From positions 1,024,001 through 1,088,000 of the forward strand of contig OZ244744.1 of NCBI GenBank assembly GCA_965219455.1: DNA of 64,000 nt, in the 5' to 3' direction. Positions 50,153-60,771 of the stretch are shown here, piece after piece. The notes under the pieces were generated by a model. That model made no database searches and had not been told where the DNA came from. It worked only from the letters and a program-made list of their open reading frames with translations. The stretch comes from Candidatus Latescibacterota bacterium (lineage in GTDB: Bacteria > Latescibacterota > UBA2968 > GCA-2709665). Within the stretch, counting starts at the first letter, position 1, and the number at the start of each line of letters is the position of its first letter. The position numbers were made by a program, and so were the translations under genes.

Positions 50153-51427
50153 TTGAATAAAATTGACAAAAAAGCCGTCGCGTCATGGGCAATGTACGAC
50201 TTTGCCAACTCCGCCTTCACCACCCTCGTGGTTACCTTTGTCTATTCCACTTACTTTGTAAAATCCCTCGCGCCGGACGAAATCATCGGCACCACCCTGT
50301 GGTCCAGAGGCGTCACGTTTTCCGCCATCGCCGTGGCGCTGTTCTCACCCCTTACCGGCGCCATTGCGGACCGCGGCGGGTTCCGGAAGGGTTTCCTCCT
50401 TTTCTCTACGATCATCGCGGTCATTGCCACCACCGGCCTGTACACCGCATTACCGGGCCAGGTCGTCAAGGCCCTGCTCTGGTTTGTCGTGGCGAACTTC
50501 GCCTTTGAAATGGGAAACGTCTTCTACAACGCCTTTCTGCCGGACATCGCGCCGCGGAAATACATTGGCCGCATTTCCGGGTACGGGTGGGGGCTGGGCT
50601 ACATAGGCGGTCTGCTGGCGATGGGCATCGCCATGATTGGATTTGTCAGCCCGGAAACGCCGTGGTTCGGTATCACAAGAGATGCCGGCGCGAATATCCG
50701 GGCAACCAATCTGCTCGTCGCCGTCTGGTTCACGGTTTTCAGCGTCCCCATCTTCCTCTGGGTTCAAGAAAAAAAATCCCGCGCGACCCGAACGCGCGGG
50801 ATCCTGTCGGCCTCCTATCGCCAACTCGCCAGGACGTTTCGGGAGGCCGGTCAATATCGGGAAATTATCAAGTTGCTTATCGCCCGTCTCGTCTACAATG
50901 ACGGACTCATCACCATATTCGCCTTCGGCGGCATTTACGCGGCAGGCACGTTCGGTTTCACGTTCAACGAAATCATGGTCTTCGGCATCGTCCTGAACGT
51001 CTCCGCGGGAACCGGAGCATTTGCGCTGGGCTTCCTCGACGACCGCTTGGGCGGTAAACGCACCATTCAGATCAGCCTCCTCTTTCTCCTCGTGGCGACG
51101 TTGATGGCCGTCTTCACCCACAGCAATACCGTCTTCTGGATTTCCGGCATCATGGCAGGGTTTTTTGCCGGGCCGAACCAGTCGGCCAGCCGGTCGCTCC
51201 TGGGTCGATTTGTCCCGCCGGAAAAGGAGAACGAGTTTTTCGGGCTATTCGCCTTTTCAGGCAAAGCCACGGCCTTTATTGGCCCTCTTGCCCTGGGCGA
51301 ACTCACCCGCGCCTTTCAGTCCCAAAGGGTCGGCATCTCGATCGTGGCGGTGCTGTTCGTCGTGGGTAGTCTGATTCTACGACGGGTTGACGAAAGAGAA
51401 GGCGTACGCGCCGCCGGGCGGCCCTAG
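50153..51427 (+). CDS. MFS transporter (UMF1/ATG22-like)
   Basis: WAMYDFANSAF, FYNAFLP, ISGYGWGLGYIGG, QSASRS, EFFGL. TTG start inferred. Confidence 0.9.
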   Translation: MNKIDKKAVASWAMYDFANSAFTTLVVTFVYSTYFVKSLAPDEIIGTTLWSRGVTFSAIAVALFSPLTGAIADRGGFRKGFLLFSTIIAVIATTGLYTALPGQVVKALLWFVVANFAFEMGNVFYNAFLPDIAPRKYIGRISGYGWGLGYIGGLLAMGIAMIGFVSPETPWFGITRDAGANIRATNLLVAVWFTVFSVPIFLWVQEKKSRATRTRGILSASYRQLARTFREAGQYREIIKLLIARLVYNDGLITIFAFGGIYAAGTFGFTFNEIMVFGIVLNVSAGTGAFALGFLDDRLGGKRTIQISLLFLLVATLMAVFTHSNTVFWISGIMAGFFAGPNQSASRSLLGRFVPPEKENEFFGLFAFSGKATAFIGPLALGELTRAFQSQRVGISIVAVLFVVGSLILRRVDEREGVRAAGRP

Positions 51428-51519
51428 AAAGGACGCCTTTCTGGGGAGGATTCAGAGGGCGTGGATCGAATTCCTTGCAGACAACAGCAATGTAGGGGCA
51501 ACCCATGCGTTGCCCCTAC

Positions 51520-51661
51520 GGCACCACCCGCGTCCAACGCCCGCTTCATTGAGAAACCGGCGGGTGATTGCGTCGTACAGCTGCGACTGATGAATCAACC
51601 GTTCCTCTTCCTCCTTGCTGCGTCCCATCGTGTATCTCGCGTCGCTTGTCTGCTCGTCCAT
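51520..51661 (-). pseudogene. N-terminal remnant of a SAM-dependent methyltransferase
   Basis: GGAGG ribosome-binding site, then MDEQTSDARYTMGRSKEEEERLIHQSQLYDAITRRFLNEAGVGRG, cut off at a REP just before the expected SAM motif I. Confidence 0.55.
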
Positions 51662-52601
51662 CGGTTTCCTCCAAAGCAGGGCTTTTGGGGACCCGAAACC
51701 TGTCGTCAGGAAGTTCTACGTAGTCGACTTCCAGTGGCTGGTTGATCCGTTGCTTCAGTTCCAACAGGTCGGGCCGGCCTTCCGGTATATCCTTGATCAT
51801 TTCGCCATCCGGATAAATCGTTGCGGTGGTCGTCTTTCTCATGAACCCCTTCTTCGACGTCCCACGGACAATCTGGAGACCGTCGTTTGAAATAGCCATT
51901 CGAGAGCGTGTAAGTCGTCCATCGCCGATTATTTGAAAGATAAGGCCCAGCAAGCCCGACGTCGGGCGCCCCGTAAGCCCCGTAATCTTGTCGCAAGCGA
52001 TCCAATCTCCAAAATCGAGCAACCGATAGGCCATCTCCCGCCCGTTGGTAACCTTGAGATTGGGTGTTGAGAGCGTATCCAGGTACGAGTACCGATCCGG
52101 CTTTCCCGGCCGGTCCTCCCACCAGATCCGCACATTCAATGCGAATTGAGGCGCCGGCCCGTCGATTACCTTCCGGATCACCCGATCCATTCGGTATTCC
52201 ACGTCCATATGCTGTTCGTATTCGCGTGACAGCCGCGCGTACAGGGGCATTTCACTTTCCGTGCGTCCCGCCACCTCCATAAACGCCCGAAACCAGTCCG
52301 CACAGTTGATAAACAGCGGCGGCCCCATGGGATCGCGCTGTTCCGCACGCCGGGCAAGATAGAGCAACGCTTCCCATTGGAAACGGGCGCCGTTCGTCGT
52401 CGTGGTCGGGTCGTAATCTCCAACGTTGCGCATCGCCTCCAGTATTTCCTTCCGGGTGACCTCCTGATACGCCGGACCTGCGGCGTCTGCCTCCCGGCAC
52501 TTCGATTGATTTGGCGAAAATAGACAGACGAGGGCAGTTGCTAAACTCAATCCCCAAATGTACAGGCAGTTTGACATATCACTGATGTTTTTACGTGACA
52601 A
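51546..52601 (-). CDS. Hypothetical exported protein
   Basis: Long ORF with natural composition and an N-terminal hydrophobic segment; no family recognised. Confidence 0.65.
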   Translation of the reverse strand: MSRKNISDMSNCLYIWGLSLATALVCLFSPNQSKCREADAAGPAYQEVTRKEILEAMRNVGDYDPTTTTNGARFQWEALLYLARRAEQRDPMGPPLFINCADWFRAFMEVAGRTESEMPLYARLSREYEQHMDVEYRMDRVIRKVIDGPAPQFALNVRIWWEDRPGKPDRYSYLDTLSTPNLKVTNGREMAYRLLDFGDWIACDKITGLTGRPTSGLLGLIFQIIGDGRLTRSRMAISNDGLQIVRGTSKKGFMRKTTTATIYPDGEMIKDIPEGRPDLLELKQRINQPLEVDYVELPDDRFRVPKSPALEETDGRADKRREIHDGTQQGGRGTVDSSVAAVRRNHPPVSQ

Positions 52602-53206
52602 TGTGTAAAGGGACTCGCACCGGCATCGGCGATGAGTCCCTCCGGACCGGCGACGGTCTCGCGGTGTTCAGCCGCCAATTCGCTCAGAGGTGCCCTGGCA
52701 CGGAAATTCTGCACCAGCCAGCATGCGCTGCCTCCGACAACGAGTCCGACAATCAATGCGACTGTCCATTCGATCGGCCGTACCTCCAGTCTGCGCCATC
52801 CAGGTCTTCAATTTTTGAATATAAGGGGCGTCACGGGGCTTGTCAAGGCGCGGCGGGGTTTCCGGACGCCGTCCCTGCGCCGGGCGCGTGGGATGGGTAC
52901 CCACGGGTCGTCACCGTGCAAAACCCATTGACAGACCGCCGCCGCCGCCGCAAATTGTCGTGATGCATCGACGAATCCGGCGGGTACATCGGTTCCGGGG
53001 CCGGTCCGTTCACATTGACCAACGGATATTTCCCGTATGAAGAATACCAGGGGCTACATCGGCGACGCGACGAAATTGAACGCGGCGAGGGCCCGCATTT
53101 CGTGTCCGGGCATCGTCACGGACGCTTCCTGCGTTCCGGGGGACATCGAGCGTGTGCGGTAAACCGAGTTTCTTAGAGGAGAGATTGTCGTGACAGGGAC
53201 GAGAAT

Positions 53207-54148
53207 ATGGAACTTGTGAGATATCCCGACAGCCGGATTGAGGTACTTGACGACCGCTTCGCAAAGTACAAACTCGCGAACGCCGCCGTCGAAATGCTCT
53301 GGACCGGCGGGCGGTGGCTCGAAGGGCCAGTATGGTTTGGAGACGGCCGCTATCTGCTCTTCAGCGACATCCCCAACAACCGCATCCTCAAGTGGGAAGA
53401 AGAGACGGGAGACGTCTCGGTCTTCCGCAAGCCATCGAACAATACCAACGGCAATACCCGCGACCTCCAGGGACGGCTGGTTTCGTGCGAACACGACACG
53501 CGCCGCGTCACCCGGACGGAATACGACGGTTCGATCACGGTACTGATGGACCGGTTCGAGGGCAGGCCGTTGAATGCGCCGAACGACGTCGTGGTGAAGT
53601 CGGATGGATCGATCTGGTTCACGGACCCGGGTTACGGCATTCTGATGAACTACGAGGGGCACCGGGCCGAATTCGAAAACGCCGCCAACGTGTACCGTCT
53701 CGATCCGGACACCGGAGAAGCCACCGTGGTCGCGGCAGACTTCCAGCGCCCCAACGGCCTCTGCTTCAGCCCGGACGAGTCGCTGCTCTACATTGTCGAC
53801 ACCGGACGCTCCGACGGCCCCGAATATCCCACCCACATCCGCGTTTTCGACGTCGACGGCGACCGGATCGCGAATGGCCGCGTCTTCGTCAACATGGAAC
53901 CCGCCTCGTCGGACGGGATCCGCACCGACGCGGATGGCAACCTGTGGGCGGGGGCCTGCTGGGCGGGCGAGGGCTACGACGGCGTGCACTGTTTCGCACC
54001 GGACGGCACCCTCATCGGCAAGATCCACCTCCCGGCGCCCTGCGCGAACCTCTGCTTCGGCGGCGCGAAAAAGAACAGGCTGTTCATGACCTGCTCCCAG
54101 TCACTGTTTTCGGTCTACGTGGAGACAGTCGGGGCTCAGGTGCCGTGA
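53207..54148 (+). CDS. SMP-30/gluconolactonase family protein
   Basis: EGPVW, FSDIPNN, NAPND, FTDPGYG, PNGLCFSPDE, DGIRTD. Confidence 0.93.
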   Translation: MELVRYPDSRIEVLDDRFAKYKLANAAVEMLWTGGRWLEGPVWFGDGRYLLFSDIPNNRILKWEEETGDVSVFRKPSNNTNGNTRDLQGRLVSCEHDTRRVTRTEYDGSITVLMDRFEGRPLNAPNDVVVKSDGSIWFTDPGYGILMNYEGHRAEFENAANVYRLDPDTGEATVVAADFQRPNGLCFSPDESLLYIVDTGRSDGPEYPTHIRVFDVDGDRIANGRVFVNMEPASSDGIRTDADGNLWAGACWAGEGYDGVHCFAPDGTLIGKIHLPAPCANLCFGGAKKNRLFMTCSQSLFSVYVETVGAQVP

Positions 54149-54467
54149 GGCGCGGGGATCGAGCAACCGAAAAAGGAGAGGGGAAATCAGCGAGGGATTG
54201 GAGAAGAGATAAAGCTAATCAGAACGGGAACCGGGAAAAAACAGGAGCCGTCCAGGAAGGAACAGGACGGTTCTTGTATATATATAAGTTCATTGTAAGA
54301 GCTTATCGACTCCGATCGAGATACTTCCGCCCGCCCGGTACTGTTTGTCGGATTCTTAAATGCACCCGCTTTACATTCTCGTGTTTGCTGGCCATCGGTT
54401 CTGCTTTCGGCGTACCAAGTCGCCGACTCAGTTTGGCCTTTTTCTTTCGATCCATCGTTCCTGCTTT

Positions 54468-55061
54468 TCAGGGCTTTAGCGACATCCTAAATGCAACTGG
54501 ATCGTACCAGAAACAACCCACACACGTCCCTCGATACTGACTATTGCCTTTAACGTGCGGAACGGGATAGCCTAAAGTTGTCGCATCGAAGCGAATATTG
54601 GTTTCTGCGCACCTCTTACAGTGCTGTCTTTTTGCGTAATTCGCTGCCTTGGATAACGGCTGAAAATCCTTAGGATCTTGCGACTGGACATAGCCAACGG
54701 TCGGATCGTCATACCGTCCATCCTTGTGGTCAATTTCCACGTCCTTGGATGTTCCCAAGACAACGCATTTCTGCCCAAGATAGTAATTCCTCACTGACGC
54801 AGCCACTGAGCGTTGCTTGGGATTCTTGTTAAATCCCTGCAATTGAACGTGCGTTATCCTATTGCCTTTCCCTTCCTTAAAGCGCGCGATATTGTATTGT
54901 TTACCAAGTGAACCATCAGATCTGGCCCAGTCTGCTCCGTTGCCAAAGACCAGCGACGAATATTTACCAGAGAACTCGTCTACGCCGACTTTCCTGGTAA
55001 ACCCATCTTCATCAATTCCGCTGGCAAGCTCAACAAACAAGTCTGCTTTGGTGCGCCTCAT
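54468..55061 (-). CDS. NlaIII/IceA1-like HNH type II restriction endonuclease
   Basis: GNGADWAR, EIDHKDGR, DFQPL, KRQHCKRC, RFDA, CVGCFWYDP match the recalled IceA1/NlaIII pattern. Confidence 0.78.
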   Translation of the reverse strand: MRRTKADLFVELASGIDEDGFTRKVGVDEFSGKYSSLVFGNGADWARSDGSLGKQYNIARFKEGKGNRITHVQLQGFNKNPKQRSVAASVRNYYLGQKCVVLGTSKDVEIDHKDGRYDDPTVGYVQSQDPKDFQPLSKAANYAKRQHCKRCAETNIRFDATTLGYPVPHVKGNSQYRGTCVGCFWYDPVAFRMSLKP

Positions 55062-55752
55062 TGACTCTTTCTTTTGCAATTTGGACATAATTCCTATCGG
55101 CATCGCATCCGTTAAAACATCTCGAAAGACTCAATGCAGCTAAAGCCGTGGTCCCTGATCCGAGGAACGGATCAACTACCAAATCGCCTTCATTGCTGTG
55201 CTTCTCGATTAGTTCCTTAAACAGCGACATTGGTTTTTGTGTTGGGTGATGCCGTTTTCCATTGTTAGGAATGGGATAGTGGTAAATCCCATTGTCATAT
55301 TCACTATGAAAGGTGGGTTTTCCTGACCTGACACCCGAAATTGCAATCTCTCTGCTATTGGTTAAGTAGTTGCGCTTGCTATTGAGCGGAACAGGATTCT
55401 TTTTAACCCATTCAATGAAACGCAATTGCTTAAATCCTGCACTGCTCATGCTGTCAGCCAGATAGCTCAACTTCCACAAATCGTAAAAAATGATTGCTGT
55501 CCCACCGCGCCGGAGTACACGCAATGCTTGTTCGGCCAAGGCGTCCAAGTCAATCGCGGCGTGGTCCCATGCTCCGAAATCCATAGTCACCGCAAACCGC
55601 TCGACACTCTTAGGCCCAACGTGCTTAAATCCAGTTTGACGGCTTATAGTATAGGGAGGATCGGTCAGGATCAGATCGACACTCTGATCCTCTAACTCCG
55701 ACAAGAACCGGGTGAAGTCCGAAGTCTTTATTGTACAGCTTCCATTTTGCAT
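55030..55752 (-). CDS. N4/N6 DNA methyltransferase, beta class
   Basis: TDPPY precedes HPTQKP and DPFLGSGTT; overlaps the nuclease start; low GC. Confidence 0.92.
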   Translation of the reverse strand: MQNGSCTIKTSDFTRFLSELEDQSVDLILTDPPYTISRQTGFKHVGPKSVERFAVTMDFGAWDHAAIDLDALAEQALRVLRRGGTAIIFYDLWKLSYLADSMSSAGFKQLRFIEWVKKNPVPLNSKRNYLTNSREIAISGVRSGKPTFHSEYDNGIYHYPIPNNGKRHHPTQKPMSLFKELIEKHSNEGDLVVDPFLGSGTTALAALSLSRCFNGCDADRNYVQIAKERVNEAHQSRLVC

Positions 55753-56102
55753 GGCTAACGCGGGTAAGGTGATTGAAAGGACTTCAGGCGTTATGCGGAA
55801 GGCTGCAAATAAGGCGGGTTATGACCTGACCCGGAGGAAGGAGAGGCGGGTGTGGGGAGACACGAGCAGGCCGCTGAATTTAAGGATTGTATATAACACT
55901 CAAAATATACCCCAATCTTGAAATTTTCGCAACGATTTTATAATTCGTTGAGGCCCACTAAACTCGTCAATTTTCATATAGTTTTGTAAAGTTCAGGTGC
56001 TCTGCCATTCGATTTCCTGGAAAAGCATCGAAACAGCCGTCAGTAAAAAATGGATAGCCGGTCATCTTCTGTTTTCAGACAGGTCCAATCTTCAGCTCGA
56101 AA

Positions 56103-57734
56103 TCACCGCTTGGTTGAGAAGAACACGATCTGCCCGCCCTGGACGAGGTCGTATTGTTTGATGGGGCCATCGCGGACGCTGTGGGCCTGGACGTTTCCAA
56201 CCAGCAGCACCTCGCCGGGTGCGGTGGCGAAGAGCCGTGTGACGTCCAGCACGCCCGAGGATTCCCAGTCTCCCAGGTCGGTCGGGTCTGAATCCGTCTG
56301 CCCGGGAGGCAGCGCGGAGCGGTCAATCACGGCAATCCGCACAAGTTTCCCGGTGGCGGGGTTCAGTTCCCACACGGACGCCTCGATACCGCTCTTTTTA
56401 CCGAACGTCGTTTTCCGGGTGGACCGGTCCTCCTGAACGTAGATCATCCCGTTTTCGGCCCAGTCCAGGTTGTCCGGGTTGCGCAATCCCATGTCCGGAT
56501 GCGTGAATTGCCCGTCGCCGGCATCGTCGCCATCGTAGACGATCCGGATCGTCGCGGTCATCGCGCCAATGTCCGCGTCGATGATATAGGTCGCGCCCCA
56601 GTCGTCCGAGGGATACGCCGCGCCGTGCCCGGTTGAGGCCATTACCGCCTGCGTGCCACGCTCGGGGTTGGTGGCCACGTCCTCCGGGCGCGAGAAGCGG
56701 AACCCGCCCACGGCGTCGACCCATTCGTCCTGTCTGGCCTGTGTCGCAAATCCCAGTTCGTCGTACCCGGACCGGCCGGCCCTTTCCGGAGCGTGGATGT
56801 CAATCTTGACGAACATGCCGGCGCGGCTCGTTCCCGTCCCGTTCCAATCCTCAGGTGACCTGTCGCCGTTGTTCGCGACCCAGACGAACATATCGCCCCC
56901 TGTCAGGCCGTTGCGCTCGAGGAAGCCGCCCGTCCCTTTCCGTCCAACGTAAAGGTACAGCGGTGCGCCCCGCCGGTCGTCACCTAGCAGAACGGCCACT
57001 TTGTCGCTGTCGCCCGTGTCCAGCAGGGTCACGTTCTCCCACGTGCCGCGCCCCAGCCACGGCAGTGCGTAAATGGTACGGCGGTGAATGTCCAGCGCAT
57101 GCGTCAGGCCGTCCCTGACCTCTTCGCCGCAGAAATAAACGTCGTCCGCAAGCCCATACTCTCCCGCGGTGTAGAGGTTACTGGAGCAGAAGCGATCGTA
57201 ACCGTCCTTCTCGCTTCCCTCGATTTTTCCCTCGTGGATCTGAGTCGGGTCCGTGACCTCTCGGCCGGCCTTGTCCACCGCCCTGTCGTAGGCCAGACCC
57301 GCATCCATGACTATCCTGGTGTCGGCATCCACGTCCAAATAGCTAACCCGCGCGCCCGTCATTTCCGTACGGTTACCGAGCCTGTACGCGTACCCGTCCT
57401 CCGCATCCAGCTCATGGTTGACGAAGAATCGGACCACGCCAGGCCGGATTTCCATGGCGCCGATCCCGTCCAGGATGCCAGGCGGACGGTACCCGTCCAC
57501 CTCTTCCCCCACCGTAAACAGCGGCGTCACGCGCCATCCGCTTCGGCCCGTCATCATCGCTCGCGAGGACGTTGCAAATCCAGTCACAGCGGAAATCGAG
57601 TCTATTGCGATGGCCGAAGCGATCTGTGGGCTTTCCTGCGCCCAGGGACTCGCAAACCTCAACCCGTGCTCTGCGACGAGCAAAAGCATCGCGCAGGTCG
57701 ACAAGACAAACAAAAGATGATTTCGCACCTTCAA
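56103..57734 (-). CDS. PhoX-like (DUF839) secreted alkaline phosphatase family protein
   Basis: LDGIGA, VNHE, RFCS, GRGTWEN, FSRPED, NPDNL, QED, WESSG, VQAH. Confidence 0.8.
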   Translation of the reverse strand: MKVRNHLLFVLSTCAMLLLVAEHGLRFASPWAQESPQIASAIAIDSISAVTGFATSSRAMMTGRSGWRVTPLFTVGEEVDGYRPPGILDGIGAMEIRPGVVRFFVNHELDAEDGYAYRLGNRTEMTGARVSYLDVDADTRIVMDAGLAYDRAVDKAGREVTDPTQIHEGKIEGSEKDGYDRFCSSNLYTAGEYGLADDVYFCGEEVRDGLTHALDIHRRTIYALPWLGRGTWENVTLLDTGDSDKVAVLLGDDRRGAPLYLYVGRKGTGGFLERNGLTGGDMFVWVANNGDRSPEDWNGTGTSRAGMFVKIDIHAPERAGRSGYDELGFATQARQDEWVDAVGGFRFSRPEDVATNPERGTQAVMASTGHGAAYPSDDWGATYIIDADIGAMTATIRIVYDGDDAGDGQFTHPDMGLRNPDNLDWAENGMIYVQEDRSTRKTTFGKKSGIEASVWELNPATGKLVRIAVIDRSALPPGQTDSDPTDLGDWESSGVLDVTRLFATAPGEVLLVGNVQAHSVRDGPIKQYDLVQGGQIVFFSTKR

Positions 57735-58249
57735 CTCCTTTTCTCATCGTGACGGCAACGACCCGTATGACCGCAGGCCTATTCCCCGATTCACAGGTTC
57801 AGAACCTGGTCGATGACCTCACCCAGACGCTGCAGACGGGTTAATTCGGGCGTGAGGGCTTTCGCTATTTTGCCCTGCTGGAACGGAACATGGCGTTTGA
57901 TGGTCTGATAGGACCTGGGGGACAGGGTAAATCCCTTCCATTCGGAGATCTGGCGACCCGGGTTAATGCGGGTGTCGGGCTCGATGCGGCACGAATTCAG
58001 CGGCCGAATATCGGAGACTTCGCCGATACCGGCGGTGACGACGCGAAGTTGTACGGCCGCATCGTGAAGGGTGCGAAGGAAGGAATCCGAAGTAACAAAA
58101 AACATGGGCCGATCGATATTTAGAATCGGCCCGAGCACGTTGAGGGTTGCAACACTATACAACTTATGCCGCCGCTGTTACATCGCTATTGGGACAGAGG
58201 CGCGTATGGATCGGAACTCCGCTGAAGATCGGGCGAAGCCGACCACCGG

Positions 58250-58534
58250 TTAACGACGGCGCCTGGGTCGGTTACCGCCCGTCCTGCGCTTTTTGACCCC
58301 TTCGACGGGCGGGGGCAATCGGTGCAGCCACACGATGCGCCCGCGATTCAAATCGTAAGGCGAGGTCTCGATCGTCACGCGGTCGCCCACCAGAACCCGG
58401 ATGTTGAACCGGCGCATCTTGCCCGACGTGTAACCCAGAATCTGATGCCCGCCCTCCACTTCCACCATATACTGCCCGTCGGGAAGCGTATCCGCGACGG
58501 TTCCTTCAAGTGAGACCTTTTCCTCTTTTGCCAT
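58250..58534 (-). CDS. infA: Translation initiation factor IF-1
   Basis: MAKEE...SGKMRRFNIRVLVGDRV..ETSPYDLNRGRI. Confidence 0.95.
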   Translation of the reverse strand: MAKEEKVSLEGTVADTLPDGQYMVEVEGGHQILGYTSGKMRRFNIRVLVGDRVTIETSPYDLNRGRIVWLHRLPPPVEGVKKRRTGGNRPRRRR

Positions 58535-58606
58535 GCCACCTCCAGCATCGAATTAGGGGACCATTTTCAGGTCGAAGGTTCAATGTATGACAATGGGCAG
58601 CCGGTG

Positions 58607-59089
58607 TCAAGCGGCATCTTCCGCACAGGCAACCGCCATTGCCAGCGCCTGCTCGGCAATCCGTTCGCGAATCGTGCTCCGGCCGCCTTCAAACGCAAAG
58701 CGTTCGCATCGAGAACCCTCCGGCGTCCACAGCGCGATATACGCGGTCCCCAACGGCTTGGCCGACCGTCCGCGAATCGGCCCGGCGATGCCCGTCTCGG
58801 CCAGCGCCAGCGTTGAATGGCCCGCCCTGCCCACGGCTTCGGCCATGGCGACGGCTACCTCCTCACTCACGGTCCCACAGCTCTCCAGCAGAGATTCGGA
58901 TATCCCCAGCGCCTGGATTTTGGCCTTCGCACTGTAAGCCACCACACCACGCTCGAAATAGGCCGAACTCCCGGGCACGCTCACGATCCGGGCGCAGATC
59001 AACCCGCCCGTCGTGGTCTCCGCCACCGAAAGGGTCCAACCCCGCTCGACCAGCAATCGACCCAATCGCGCTTCGAGAGATTCAGCCAC
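58607..59089 (-). CDS. CinA C-terminal / PncC (NMN deamidase) family protein
   Basis: SVAETTTGG, PGSSAYF, VSEEVA, TGIAGP. The usual AES-C motif reads AET-T. Confidence 0.85.
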   Translation of the reverse strand: MAESLEARLGRLLVERGWTLSVAETTTGGLICARIVSVPGSSAYFERGVVAYSAKAKIQALGISESLLESCGTVSEEVAVAMAEAVGRAGHSTLALAETGIAGPIRGRSAKPLGTAYIALWTPEGSRCERFAFEGGRSTIRERIAEQALAMAVACAEDAA

Positions 59090-59285
59090 AGAGACCGGAC
59101 CCCCGTTTCATGCCTTCATAAAACCCGCACGAGGATGCACGTTACGGGAACGCGGGTTGCGATGAGATGCACAATGCTTGCGTGACACCGAAGAGACACT
59201 CTCAACGACGGACGGTCGTGCCGATCGGCCTCCGCACGCTTAACGGCGACAAATCCAACACCCTTCTATCCTGTCGTTCCCCGGG

Positions 59286-60725
59286 CTAATACGGTCTTCT
59301 GCCGAAGGGATCATTAGCCCGTAATTCCGCCTCAGGCGTCGGCTCATACGTGGTGGGAAGTAACGCGCCATCGCGTACCGCTTGATCGCCGCGCACTTCG
59401 AGGAGTTTAATCAAGCGGTTTCTCCATTCGACCACCCGGTCTTCATCTCGCGCCAGGTTATTCACCTCGTTCGGATCTTCCTTCAGGTCGAAAAGATACT
59501 CGCAGCCACCCAGCCGGAACCACATATACTTGTACCGCCCGTCCGTCAGGCAGTGGTGGCGCCGCTTCTCCCCACCGATTTCTCCGTGAAATATCCGATC
59601 TTCAACCGGATCGCCGCCTCCCAGCACCGGCAGCAGCGACACCCCGTCCGCCCGGTCGGACACGCGGCCCCCCGCAGCCGACACCAGCGTGGGCAGTACG
59701 TCCACCAGCGATACCGGCTTCCCGTACCGTTGCGCCGGAATCGCTCCCTCCCATCCCCTCGGCGCCCGGAGAATCAGCGGCACGCGACCGGAACCTTCGA
59801 AAAAATGGGATTTGAAGAAAAGCCCGTGGTCCCCCATCATATCCCCGTGGTCCGAGGTGAAGATCACCAGTGTATTGTCCCACAACCCCTTCCAGCGGAG
59901 GACGGCTAAAAACCGCCCGATCTGATGGTCGATGTGGGTAATCTGCCCGAAGTAGTGCTGCCGCGCACGGGCGATCCTCGCGGGCGACATGCGGTCCCAA
60001 TCGTAGCGCAGGGGCGCCTCCCGAAGTTCCGGGGGAAGAAAATCCTCGTCGGGGGTCCGTATGGGTGGCGGCACGTCTTCGGGATCGTACCAGGCGTCGT
60101 ACGGCGCGGGCGGATCGTACTGCGAATGCGGCCGGCTGAAAGACATCCACAAAAAAAATGGACAGGTGGGATCCCGCCTGTCCAGAAACTCGATACACTC
60201 GTTTGCCGTCCACGTATTCACATGATGCGTCTCGGGCACGACCGACCTTCGGGAGAACACGTCGTTGTTGCCGATGCTCGTGGCCCGCTCCAGGCCCGCG
60301 TAGGGCGTTTTGTTCAACCACAGGTGATAATCGTCGCCCTCACGGTACCGGCCCGACTCGTTGATGATTGTATTGTCGAACCCCAGCCGCGCCCTCTGGG
60401 GGCTGAAATGCGCCTTGCCGATCAGCTGTGTCTGATAACCCAGGCCGCCCAGAATCCTGGGCAGGGTATCGGTCTGGCCGAGCGCGCTGCTGGAATTGGT
60501 GAAGAATCCGGTGTTGTACGGCGACTGCCCCGTCATCATCACCATGCGCGCGGGCACGCACACCGGACAGGGCGAATACGCCCTGGGAAAATAGACGCCC
60601 TCGTTCGCAAGCTGGTCGAGATGCGGCGTCTCCAGAATGGGATGCCCGTCTATACCGGTGCAGTCGCCCCTGTGCTGGTCCGTGGTAATAAAGACGAGAT
60701 TCGGTCGCTCGAGAGATTCGGCCAT
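59286..60725 (-). CDS. Sulfatase (Cys-type, formylglycine-dependent)
   Basis: TDQHR, CVPAR (CxPxR), GKAH, TSDHGD. Confidence 0.93.
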   Translation of the reverse strand: MAESLERPNLVFITTDQHRGDCTGIDGHPILETPHLDQLANEGVYFPRAYSPCPVCVPARMVMMTGQSPYNTGFFTNSSSALGQTDTLPRILGGLGYQTQLIGKAHFSPQRARLGFDNTIINESGRYREGDDYHLWLNKTPYAGLERATSIGNNDVFSRRSVVPETHHVNTWTANECIEFLDRRDPTCPFFLWMSFSRPHSQYDPPAPYDAWYDPEDVPPPIRTPDEDFLPPELREAPLRYDWDRMSPARIARARQHYFGQITHIDHQIGRFLAVLRWKGLWDNTLVIFTSDHGDMMGDHGLFFKSHFFEGSGRVPLILRAPRGWEGAIPAQRYGKPVSLVDVLPTLVSAAGGRVSDRADGVSLLPVLGGGDPVEDRIFHGEIGGEKRRHHCLTDGRYKYMWFRLGGCEYLFDLKEDPNEVNNLARDEDRVVEWRNRLIKLLEVRGDQAVRDGALLPTTYEPTPEAELRANDPFGRRPY

Positions 60726-60771
60726 CCGGCTGTCCCGTACCTTCCGCGAGGCGGCGCCCTGCGTCTGTGGT

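Noticed and set aside
52547-52800. Short ORF with a transmembrane-like stretch (WTVALIVGLVVGG)
   Set aside because: No convincing in-frame start; at most a gene relic.
57791-58162. 123-aa minus-strand ORF between the PhoX-like gene and infA
   Set aside because: Could be a small real gene or a fragment, but I see no recognisable motif or clear ribosome-binding site, so it is not called.
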